Shown: positions 34,189 through 41,868 of the stretch, in pieces
Numbering within the stretch: the stretch's first letter is position 1
How the letters are laid out: every line of letters starts with the position of its first letter
Origin: Planctomycetota bacterium
Lineage (GTDB): Bacteria > Planctomycetota > Phycisphaerae > WQYP01
DNA length: 42,063 nt
Reading direction: 5' to 3'
NCBI GenBank assembly: GCA_048498455.1
Contig: JBEHXY010000002.1
Span: forward strand, 1-42,063
The notes under the pieces: generated by a model
The model's input: only the letters and a program-made list of their open reading frames with translations
Database searches by the model: none
What the model was told of the DNA's origin: nothing
Made by a program: the position numbers and the translations under genes

Positions 34189-36170
34189 TGGCCCCCGTCC
34201 CCGCCCACGTGCTGATCCTCGACGACGATGAGGGAATCATCCGCCTGGCTCGCCGTGCGCTCGAACGGGCCGGCCACCGCGTCACCTCCGCCACCTCCGC
34301 CGCCGATGCCTCCGCCGTCCTCACCAACGCTTCCACGCCCCCCGACCTCCTCATCCTCGATTATCAACTCAACAGTGCCCAGACCGGCCTCGACTTCTTC
34401 CGCGACCTCCGCGCTGGCGGAAGCCCCGCCGCCGACATCCCCGCAATCCTCGTCACCGGTTTCAGCGACGAATCCAAAATCATCGAAGCCCTTCGCGCCG
34501 GCATCGCCGACGTCATCCCCAAGGCCGGCGATTATTTCGGATACCTCCCCGAGGCCGTCGATCGCGTCCTCACCCAGACCCGCGACCGCCAGGCCGCCGC
34601 CCAGGCCGAACTCCTCCGCCAGCGCGAAGAGCACTACCGCCGCATGGCCGAGGCCCTCCCGCAGCTCGTCTGGACCGCCAACCCCGATGGCCGCTGTGAT
34701 TTCCTCAGCAAGCAATGGATCGATTACACCGGCATCCCCGAAGACCAGCAGCTCGGCCTGCAGTGGCTCGATCGTGTCATGCATCCCGACGACCGCCAGC
34801 GTACCTTCACCGCCTGGACCGCCGCCGTCGAAGGACGCGCCCCCTACGATATCGAATACCGCCTCCGCCGCGCCGATGGCGCCTACCGCTGGTTCAAGGT
34901 CCGCGGCGTTCCCGTCCATGACGAGTCTGGCCAGATCCTCAAATGGTTCGGCACCTGCACCGATGTCCACGACCAGCGCCAGGCCCTCGAAGAACGCGAA
35001 CGCCTCCTTGCCGCTGAACAGGCCGCGCGCCGCCAGGCCGAGGAAGCCAATCAGGCCAAGGACCGCTTCCTCGCCACCCTCAGCCACGAGCTCCGCACGC
35101 CCCTCACCCCCATCCTTGCCGCCGCCGAGCTCCTCGAGCGCTCCCCCGACCTTCCCCCTGCCTCGCTCGCCGACGCCCAGATTATCCGCCGCAACGTGGA
35201 GCTCGAAGCCCGGCTCATCGATGATCTGCTCGATCTCACCCGCGTCGCCCGCGGCAAGCTCCAGCTTACGCTCGAGCCCGTCGATGTCCACGCCGCCGTC
35301 CGCGCCGTCATCGATATCTTCCGCGCCGATATCCAGGCCAAAAACCTCCAGCTCCACCTCCAGCTCGACGCCTCCGACCACCACGTCCTCGCCGATTACG
35401 CGCGGCTCCAGCAGATGCTCTGGAACCTCATCAAAAACGCCGCCAAGTTCACTCCCGATCGCGGCCGCATCGATATCCGCACCCGCAACCTGCTCACCGA
35501 TGCCCAACCCCGCCTCCTCATCGAGGTGCAAGACACCGGCATCGGTATCGATCCCTCCCAGGTCGATCGCCTCTTCGATGCTTTCGAACAGGGAAGCGAT
35601 TTCGTCACCCGCCGTTACGGCGGCCTCGGCCTGGGCCTCTCCATCACCAAGGCCCTCGTCGAAATCCACCAGGGTCATGTCCGCGCCGCCAGCCCCGGTC
35701 CCGGACAGGGTGCCACCTTCACCCTCGATCTGCCCGCCATCCCCGCCCCCGCTCCAGCCGCCCCCGACGCCGCCCAGCTCCCGCGCCAACGCTCACGCCC
35801 CATCCGCATCCTCCTGGTCGAAGACCACGCCGACACCGCACGGGTCATGGGCCGCCTCATCAACACCCTCGGCCACCAGGTCGAAACCGTCGGCTGCATC
35901 GCCGACGCCCTCCAGCGCATGCGCGACGACCACATCGACCTCCTCGCCAGCGACATCGGGCTGCCCGATGGCAATGGCGTCGAGCTCATCCGCGCCGTCC
36001 GCCAGTTCTCCCACGTCCCCGCCATCGCCCTCTCTGGCTTCGGCATGGAGGAAGACGTCCGCCGCTGCATCGCCGCCGGCTTCAACGCCCACCTTACCAA
36101 GCCCGTAAACATCGCCCGCCTTGAACAACTCATCTCCCAGGTCACCACCCAGCCCCAGCTTCAAAGCTGA
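34188..36170 (+). CDS. hybrid histidine kinase, REC-PAS-HisKA-HATPase-REC
   Basis: TGATG overlap with the upstream gene (34186-34190). REC: VLILDDDEGIIRL..LLILDYQL..VTGF. PAS: LPQLVWTANPDGRCDFLSKQWIDYTG..YRLRRADGAYRWFKVRGVPVHDESGQILKWFGTCTDVHD. H-box is [18 protein letters not shown]-lid is YGGLGLGLSITKALVEIHQGHV. C-terminal REC: ILLVEDHADTARV..LLASDIGLPDGNG..HLTKP. Confidence 0.9.
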   Translation: MAPVPAHVLILDDDEGIIRLARRALERAGHRVTSATSAADASAVLTNASTPPDLLILDYQLNSAQTGLDFFRDLRAGGSPAADIPAILVTGFSDESKIIEALRAGIADVIPKAGDYFGYLPEAVDRVLTQTRDRQAAAQAELLRQREEHYRRMAEALPQLVWTANPDGRCDFLSKQWIDYTGIPEDQQLGLQWLDRVMHPDDRQRTFTAWTAAVEGRAPYDIEYRLRRADGAYRWFKVRGVPVHDESGQILKWFGTCTDVHDQRQALEERERLLAAEQAARRQAEEANQAKDRFLATLSHELRTPLTPILAAAELLERSPDLPPASLADAQIIRRNVELEARLIDDLLDLTRVARGKLQLTLEPVDVHAAVRAVIDIFRADIQAKNLQLHLQLDASDHHVLADYARLQQMLWNLIKNAAKFTPDRGRIDIRTRNLLTDAQPRLLIEVQDTGIGIDPSQVDRLFDAFEQGSDFVTRRYGGLGLGLSITKALVEIHQGHVRAASPGPGQGATFTLDLPAIPAPAPAAPDAAQLPRQRSRPIRILLVEDHADTARVMGRLINTLGHQVETVGCIADALQRMRDDHIDLLASDIGLPDGNGVELIRAVRQFSHVPAIALSGFGMEEDVRRCIAAGFNAHLTKPVNIARLEQLISQVTTQPQLQS

Positions 36171-36184
36171 CCAACAGCTTCCAT

Positions 36185-36217
36185 AAAAAACATCCCCCCA
36201 CCCGTTCGGATGAGGGG
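36185..36217 (-). terminator. candidate rho-independent terminator for the minus-strand DUF1015 transcript
   Basis: The minus-strand RNA reads CCCCUCAUCC-GAAC-GGGUGGGGGG, a 10-bp stem including two G-U pairs with a 4-nt loop, followed by AUGUUUUUU. On the + strand the G-U pairs become C-A mismatches and no T-run follows, so it is mainly unidirectional. Confidence 0.5.
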
Positions 36218-36240
36218 AAAAATTTCACGCCAAAACCCGT

Positions 36241-36272
36241 CTTCGTGTCCTTCGCGCCTTCACTCCTTCGTG
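36241..36272. repeat. degenerate 8-bp micro-tandem repeat (4 units) in the 3' region of the DUF1015 gene
   Basis: CTTCGTGT CCTTCGCG CCTTCACT CCTTCGTG. It lies 21 nt downstream of the stop at 36294-36296 and upstream of the hairpin at 36185-36217. CAAAAC occurs on both flanks. Confidence 0.6.
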
Positions 36273-36293
36273 CTCAAAACGCGCAGGAAATAC

Positions 36294-37640
36294 TCACGCC
36301 AGCGGATTGATCACCATCCCCGTCGCCAGCTTCGGATAAAAAAACGTGCTCTTCTGCGGCATCAGCTCGTTCGCGTTGCACAAATCCCGCACCGCCGTCA
36401 GCGGCGTCGGCTGCAACAGGAAGCCCACCCGGTAATCCCCGCTCCGGCACAACGTCGCCACTTCGTGCGCCTCGTGCGGAAACGCCCACGACATCGCCTT
36501 CTCCGCATCCCCGAACGCCGGCGACACGATCCGGTCAAACACCAGGTGCTGCAGTATCGCCACATCCAGCTGCCGCCACGCCGCCGATTTCCCGCTCAGC
36601 GCCGCATCCTCCGGAAACGCCCCCAGCGGATCCTCCCCGTTCGGACGGAACACCACCGCCGTGTCCTCGATCGGGTCATACACCCCCATCGCATGCGGGC
36701 CAAACCCCGGCAGCTCCCGCTCCAGGCTCGCCAGCGAATCCCCCCGGAACTTCGTCTCCACGATCTGCCCGTACTTCTCCGCCGCTTCCTTGAACGCCTC
36801 CAGGTAAAAATCCTTCAGGCTCGACGCCGCCACCACCCGGTGCGTCGGCATGATGATCAGCCCCGGATCCTGCATCGCGATCAACACGAACAGACACTGA
36901 TTCACCGGATCCGCCGGGTCCATCCCTGTGCCCCGCGCATCCGCCACTTCCTTGCGATAATTCAAACACGTCGTGTACCGGTGATGCCCGTCCGCAATGT
37001 ACACATGCTTTGACGCCATCATCTTCTGCACGTCCGCGATCACCGCCGGATCCGTCACTGCCCACAGCTCCGACGCCACGATCGACTTGTGATCCTGGCT
37101 CGGCAGCTCCGCCTGCGCCAGCGCCGGCGCCAGCCCCACCGCCTCAAACAGCAAATCCGTCACGTCGTTCGTCGGATCGTCATACAGCCCGAACACCGGC
37201 GACAAATTTGCCTTCGTCGCCCGCATCAGCTTCAACCGATCTTCCTTCGGCCCCGAAAACGTCTGCTCGTGCGGATGGATCGTCCCGCCCGGCCCGAACG
37301 CCTCCAGCCGCACCCTCCCGAAAAACCCGCGCCGCTTGTACGTCGTCCCGTCGTGCGTGTACGTCTGCTGGTACGCATACAGCGCCGGCGACCCATCCTG
37401 CTTCAGCACCCCCTCCGCAATCCACTGCTTCAACGTCGCCCCCGCCGCCTCATACACCGCGTCCGGCCCCGCCTGCTTCGGCGGAATGTGCGGCAGATCA
37501 ATCGCCACCACGTTGTGCCCATCCCGCGCCAACAACCGCGCCTTGTCCTCCCCCGAAAGCACATCGTACGGCGGCGCCACCACCGCACTCTGCTGCTGCT
37601 GCGGATACCGAATCCCCCGAAACGCCGAAATCACCGCCAT
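36294..37640 (-). CDS. DUF1015 family protein
   Basis: Preferred start is ATG 37640 (MAVISAFRGIRYPQQQQSAVVAPPYDVLS). This N-terminal F-R-x-x-R-Y...APPYDV pattern is the family hallmark as I remember it. 448 aa. Confidence 0.8.
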   Translation of the reverse strand: MAVISAFRGIRYPQQQQSAVVAPPYDVLSGEDKARLLARDGHNVVAIDLPHIPPKQAGPDAVYEAAGATLKQWIAEGVLKQDGSPALYAYQQTYTHDGTTYKRRGFFGRVRLEAFGPGGTIHPHEQTFSGPKEDRLKLMRATKANLSPVFGLYDDPTNDVTDLLFEAVGLAPALAQAELPSQDHKSIVASELWAVTDPAVIADVQKMMASKHVYIADGHHRYTTCLNYRKEVADARGTGMDPADPVNQCLFVLIAMQDPGLIIMPTHRVVAASSLKDFYLEAFKEAAEKYGQIVETKFRGDSLASLERELPGFGPHAMGVYDPIEDTAVVFRPNGEDPLGAFPEDAALSGKSAAWRQLDVAILQHLVFDRIVSPAFGDAEKAMSWAFPHEAHEVATLCRSGDYRVGFLLQPTPLTAVRDLCNANELMPQKSTFFYPKLATGMVINPLA

Positions 37641-37684
37641 AAAACCACCATCCCAAAAAGAAAAAACCGCCCTCCCCACCTGTG

Positions 37685-37716
37685 CCAATTACCAATTACT
37701 ACTTACCAATTACCAA
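37685..37716. repeat. 7-bp micro-tandem repeat (about 4.5 units) between the FucU-like and DUF1015 genes
   Basis: CCAATTA CCAATTA CTACTTA CCAATTA CCAA. It starts 7 nt downstream of the stop at 37723-37725 and lies about 45-75 nt upstream of ATG 37640. Confidence 0.8.
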
Positions 37717-37722
37717 CCCCCC

Positions 37723-38166
37723 TTACATCACCACCCCAATCGTCAGCAAAATATTCGCATAAATCCGCTGCTCCCCCGTCGCGATCGTCAACGCCACGTC
37801 CTTCGTCCCCGCCGCTTCATAAAACGCGAACCGCTCCAGCTTCGTCAAGTCCAGCGTCGCGTTCCGCGCCTTGAGCAGCCGTCGGAACTCGTCAAAAATC
37901 GGCGGGTCCGTCTTCATCGCATACGGCCCCACCTTGTTCGGCTCCATCACTTCCGCCAGCTCGATCGGCACGCTGTTGGCGATCCCCGCCAGCACATCCG
38001 TCACCGTCATGTGATTCGGCGCAAAATTCAAAAACACCACTTCCGCGTTCGGACCCTTCTTCGTGTGAAACGGATAATTCCCGTCCGCAATCAGAATCTT
38101 CGACGAATGCCCCGCACGCCCCAACGCCGCCAGAATCTGCGGATGCAAAATCGGCATCTTCAACAT
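37723..38166 (-). CDS. RbsD/FucU family sugar mutarotase (FucU-like)
   Basis: Preferred start is ATG 38166 with AAGGAG upstream. MLKMPILHPQILAALGRAGHSSKILIADGNYP and the C-terminal ERFAFYEAAGTKDVALTIATGEQRIYANILLTIGV resemble the E. coli FucU ends (RFAFYERA..ITGERAKYGNILLKKGV, from memory). Confidence 0.85.
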   Translation of the reverse strand: MLKMPILHPQILAALGRAGHSSKILIADGNYPFHTKKGPNAEVVFLNFAPNHMTVTDVLAGIANSVPIELAEVMEPNKVGPYAMKTDPPIFDEFRRLLKARNATLDLTKLERFAFYEAAGTKDVALTIATGEQRIYANILLTIGVVM

Positions 38167-38281
38167 ACCCGTCTCCTTCACGAACCCCGCCCAGCCTACC
38201 CCAAACCGCCCCCCATGAAAACGCAACCCCACCCGCACCCCCTCCCACCACCCAATCGACCCCCTCCGGAAACCGCACCCC

Positions 38282-39625
38282 TTAAAGGTTTTGCGTTTTG
38301 CGTTTCGAGTTTTGAGTTTTCACAGCCACCCCATGCCACACCAGCCCCACCCCAATCACCCCCAGCCCCGTCACCCACACCCCCACATCCACCCAGAACG
38401 CCAGCCCCAGGCATCCCGCCAGCCCCGCCGCCGGAATCACCCGCGGATACAGCCGGCTCTCCGCCGGCAAACGCAACGCCGCCACGTTCGTCAGCGCATA
38501 GTACGTCAGCACCATGAACGCCGAAAAACTCCACGCCGTCCGCACATCCCCCACCAGCACCAACGCCCCGATCACGCACCCCATCGCCGCCACCGCGACC
38601 CCCGGCGTCGTTCGCGCGGCGTTCAACCGCGCCGCCGCCCGCGGCATGTCCCCCCGCCGTGCCATCGCCAGCAGCACCCGCGACAACCCCAATATCAAAT
38701 TCAACAGCACCCCCAGCATCGCCGCCATCGCCCCCACCGTCAGCAGCACCGCCACCCACCGCGCCCGCAACGCCTCCGCCACCCCCGCCAGCGGCGCCCC
38801 CGTCCCGCGCCCCAGCGCCGCAAACGCCTCCGCCCCCACCGCCCGCACCGCCCCTGCCGCCACCGCCGTATACAAAACCGCCGTCAGCCCCAGCGTCAGC
38901 ACCATCGCCCGCGGAATCGTCCGCCGTGGATGATGCACCTCCTCCCCCATCGTCGCCACCCGCGCATACCCCGTGTAAGCCACGAACAACAACGCCGTTC
39001 CATGCAGAAACCCCGCCCATCCCGGCCACGCCGTCCCCACCCCGCCCGCCGCTCCCCCCGCCGCCGCTCCATGCGTCAGCGTCACCCCCGCGAACACCGC
39101 CAGCGACGCCACCGTCACTGACACGATCAACCCGTTCACCACGTTCGACCGTCGCACCCCCGCCCCCACCAGCACCGTCATCCCCGCCACCGTCGCCAGC
39201 CCCAGCGGCACCCGCCACCCATACGTCGGCTCCACCCCCGCCGCATGCAGCAAATACCCCGCAAATCCCAACGCCGCCGTCGCCGCAGACGCAGACTTCG
39301 CCAGCAGAAACATCCACCCCGCCACGAACGCCGCCCATGGCGTCAAATACCGCTGCCCATATTCATACGTTCCCCCGCTCACCGGATGCGCCGCCGACAA
39401 TTCCGCCGCCGCCAGTCCGTTGCACGCCGCCACGGCCGCCGCTGCCACGCATGCCCACACCACCGCTCCCCCCGCCACCCCCGCCGCCGTCGCCAGCGAC
39501 ACAAACACTCCCGTCCCCAGGATCGAACCCAGCCCCATCACCATCGCCCCCGGCAGCCCCACCTGCCGCAAAAGCGTCGCATGACCTCCCGCCGCCTCCG
39601 CCTGTGGCGGCTCCGCGCCGCTCAC
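38282..39625 (-). CDS. APC superfamily amino acid/polyamine permease
   Basis: GTG 39625 overlaps the upstream gene's TGA (GTGA). About 12 TM helices. N-terminal signature LLRQVGLPGAMVMGLGSILGTGVFVS. The last 12 codons (KTQNSKRKTQNL) are encoded by the heptamer repeat at 38288-38322. Confidence 0.85.
   Translation of the reverse strand: MSGAEPPQAEAAGGHATLLRQVGLPGAMVMGLGSILGTGVFVSLATAAGVAGGAVVWACVAAAAVAACNGLAAAELSAAHPVSGGTYEYGQRYLTPWAAFVAGWMFLLAKSASAATAALGFAGYLLHAAGVEPTYGWRVPLGLATVAGMTVLVGAGVRRSNVVNGLIVSVTVASLAVFAGVTLTHGAAAGGAAGGVGTAWPGWAGFLHGTALLFVAYTGYARVATMGEEVHHPRRTIPRAMVLTLGLTAVLYTAVAAGAVRAVGAEAFAALGRGTGAPLAGVAEALRARWVAVLLTVGAMAAMLGVLLNLILGLSRVLLAMARRGDMPRAAARLNAARTTPGVAVAAMGCVIGALVLVGDVRTAWSFSAFMVLTYYALTNVAALRLPAESRLYPRVIPAAGLAGCLGLAFWVDVGVWVTGLGVIGVGLVWHGVAVKTQNSKRKTQNL
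38288..38322. repeat. 7-bp micro-tandem repeat, 5 units
   Basis: GTTTTGC GTTTTGC GTTTCGA GTTTTGA GTTTTCA, overlapping the 3' end of the permease ORF (stop at 38282-38284). Confidence 0.85.
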
Positions 39626-40569
39626 TTGCCCGACGTTCCCGCGGCCACCGATCCCACCGGCCGCGACCAGTTCGCCGGCGTCCCCGCGGGGATCTTCCCG
39701 TCCGTGTTGTCCACCTCCAGCTTCACCCGGAACAGCCCCGCCGGATCCACCGCAGGGTCCACCGCCGTCACCACCGCCTCCCGCTCAATCTGCGGATCCG
39801 TCTCCATCGTCAACTTCACCTTCTCCCCGGCCGTGATCTTCCCGAACATGCTCCGCGGCGGAAAAAACAGCGCCGTCAGTTTGTTCGTCTGCACCACCAC
39901 CGCCACCGGATTCTCATCCGTCTGCTCCCCCGCCTGCTTCGGAACCCGCAGCACCAGTCCCTCGATCGGGCTCCTGATCGTCATCCGCTCCAGCGTCGTC
40001 TGCTCCTGCTTCAACTTCAGTTGCGCCGACAACAGCTTCGCCTTCTGAAAATCCAGCGAAATCTCCGCCTGCGTCACCGCCAGCTGCTTCTGCCGCTTCT
40101 CAAACTCGCTCGCCGACCCGTTCGTCCGGATCCGCTCATACTCGTTCTTCGCATAATCAATCTGCGCCTGCGCCAGCCGCACCTCCGCATCGTTCGACGC
40201 CTCCAGCTGCGCCGCCTGCACCGCCAGCACCTGCATCGCGTCATCCAGCTTCGCCAGCACCTGCCCCTTCTTCACCGCCTCCCCTTCCTTCACCCCCACC
40301 TCCATCAGCTGACCCCGCAGCACCGAGGGCACCTCCACCCGCGCCGCTGGTTGCGTCTGCCCCCGCATCTTCATCACCCCGTTCTCCAGCGTGAAACTCC
40401 CCGAGGTCCCCGAACTCCCCACCTCCGGAAGACGCGACGATCTCCCCGCCTCCGGCACCGGCGGCAAACTTCCGCTCGATTGCCCCCGCACCGTCCCCGC
40501 CAGCATCCCCGCCACCGCCACGCCCATCACCGCCGCCCGCACCCGCCCCGCACAAGTCTTCAACGCCAT
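39622..40569 (-). CDS. HlyD/membrane-fusion-protein family periplasmic adaptor
   Basis: Preferred start is ATG 40569 with GGAGAA upstream. Signal/anchor MALKTCAGRVRAAVMGVAVAGMLAG. Lipoyl-like motif GQLMEVGVKEGEAVKKGQVLAKLDD. A coiled-coil hairpin (AQAQIDYAKNEYERI..LSAQLKLKQEQTTLERM) is followed by the return strand IRSPIEGLVLRV and a beta-barrel segment. Confidence 0.8.
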   Translation of the reverse strand: MALKTCAGRVRAAVMGVAVAGMLAGTVRGQSSGSLPPVPEAGRSSRLPEVGSSGTSGSFTLENGVMKMRGQTQPAARVEVPSVLRGQLMEVGVKEGEAVKKGQVLAKLDDAMQVLAVQAAQLEASNDAEVRLAQAQIDYAKNEYERIRTNGSASEFEKRQKQLAVTQAEISLDFQKAKLLSAQLKLKQEQTTLERMTIRSPIEGLVLRVPKQAGEQTDENPVAVVVQTNKLTALFFPPRSMFGKITAGEKVKLTMETDPQIEREAVVTAVDPAVDPAGLFRVKLEVDNTDGKIPAGTPANWSRPVGSVAAGTSGK

Positions 40570-40673
40570 GCTCGTTCTCCATCCGCTGGTGCAAAAAGAA
40601 AGGCCATCCTCATCGGACGCCCCTCCCCGCCAACCGTTAGCTGCAAAAATCGATGAACCCAATCATAGGCCCT

Positions 40674-41732
40674 CTACCGGCGCAATCGCCAGAATCGCTC
40701 CGGACTTTCCGCCTGCCCCGTCCGATGGCTCACCACCAGCGCCTCCATCGTCGCCGCCACCGCCTCCAGGCGATGCTCCCACCCTCGAACCGGCGACGCC
40801 GGCATCTGGAAATGATGCAGAAATTCCCGCAACGCCTCCGACGCCCCACCCCGCCCCTGCTGCTCCGCCGCCGACCCCTCGTCGATCAGCCGCCCTTCCG
40901 CATCGTGAAACGCATACCGCTCCGCCTCCATTCGCGCCGTACCCCCCTGCGCAAAAAGCAGCACCGACCGCTCCCCCCCCGGCGCCACCCGCCCCGGCAT
41001 CCGGTCCGACAGCGTCACGCTCGCCGCCGCATCCTCCGGAAAACGCAGCGTCAACGACGCCGCTCCGCTGATATCCGCAAACGTGTCCCGCAACCCCACC
41101 GTCCCCCGCACCGACGCATACACCGTCGTCGGCACGTCGATCAACTCGATCAGCGTCGCCAGCGCATCCCACGCCAGCACGCTCAGGGACCGCACCACCC
41201 CTTCCCCCTCCCCGCCCGTCCCCGCCGCCTTCGCCATCGCGTGATTCATCCCCAGCCACGTCGCCGACGCAAACCGCACCGGCCTCACGAAATCCTCCGC
41301 CCCCGCCGCCTGCTGATACCCAAACGTCCCCACCATCCGCGGCCACACGTACAACAACTGCGTCCGCGCCTCCAGCACCTCCGCCAGCGCCTGCGCCTCC
41401 GCCACCGTCTCCACCGGCGGACCCACGCTGATGATCCCCATCTTCTGGCTCGCGCACGACAACAGCAGCTCCAGCGTCATGTTCTCCGGCCGATCCAGCA
41501 CAATCACCTGCGGCTGTCGCTCATTCAACATCAACCGCAAATCGTCATACGCCGGCACCCGCCCCGCCTCCCCAATCCCCGCAAATTCATCCGCCAGGTC
41601 CCGCGCCATCGCCAGCGTCCGATGCCCCGCCGCCACCACCTCCACCTCCCCCCGCGCGCGCAACTCCTCCACCGCCCCCACCCAGTCCCGCTGCACCGGA
41701 TCCACACCCACTATCGCCAGCCGTACCGCCAC
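40674..41732 (-). CDS. Gfo/Idh/MocA family oxidoreductase
   Basis: GTG 41732 with GAAAGGGA upstream. The N-terminal Rossmann strand (M)AVRLAIVGVDPVQRDWVGAV..YDDLRLMLNERQPQVIVLDRPEN is typical of the family. Confidence 0.75.
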   Translation of the reverse strand: MAVRLAIVGVDPVQRDWVGAVEELRARGEVEVVAAGHRTLAMARDLADEFAGIGEAGRVPAYDDLRLMLNERQPQVIVLDRPENMTLELLLSCASQKMGIISVGPPVETVAEAQALAEVLEARTQLLYVWPRMVGTFGYQQAAGAEDFVRPVRFASATWLGMNHAMAKAAGTGGEGEGVVRSLSVLAWDALATLIELIDVPTTVYASVRGTVGLRDTFADISGAASLTLRFPEDAAASVTLSDRMPGRVAPGGERSVLLFAQGGTARMEAERYAFHDAEGRLIDEGSAAEQQGRGGASEALREFLHHFQMPASPVRGWEHRLEAVAATMEALVVSHRTGQAESPERFWRLRR

Positions 41733-41813
41733 AAATCCCTTTCACCAATTCCAACACCCCCAATTCCCGTCCGGTTCAAACCCGTCACCCTCACCCCCGT
41801 CGTCGTCACGTCC

Positions 41814-41837
41814 CTCCGTGTCTCCGTGTCTCCGTGG
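41814..41837. repeat. 8-bp micro-tandem repeat (3 units) downstream of metG
   Basis: CTCCGTGT CTCCGTGT CTCCGTGG, 32 nt downstream of the metG stop. It is embedded between two copies of CCCCCGTCGTCGTC (41794-41807 and 41845-41858). Confidence 0.8.
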
Positions 41838-41868
41838 TTCAATCCCCCCGTCGTCGTCGTCGAGACCC

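Noticed and set aside
36191-36218. The same hairpin read as a terminator for the plus-strand kinase gene ending at 36170.
   Set aside because: On the + strand RNA the two G-U pairs become C-A mismatches, and the stem is followed by AAAAATTT rather than a U-run. It is scored only as a minus-strand terminator.
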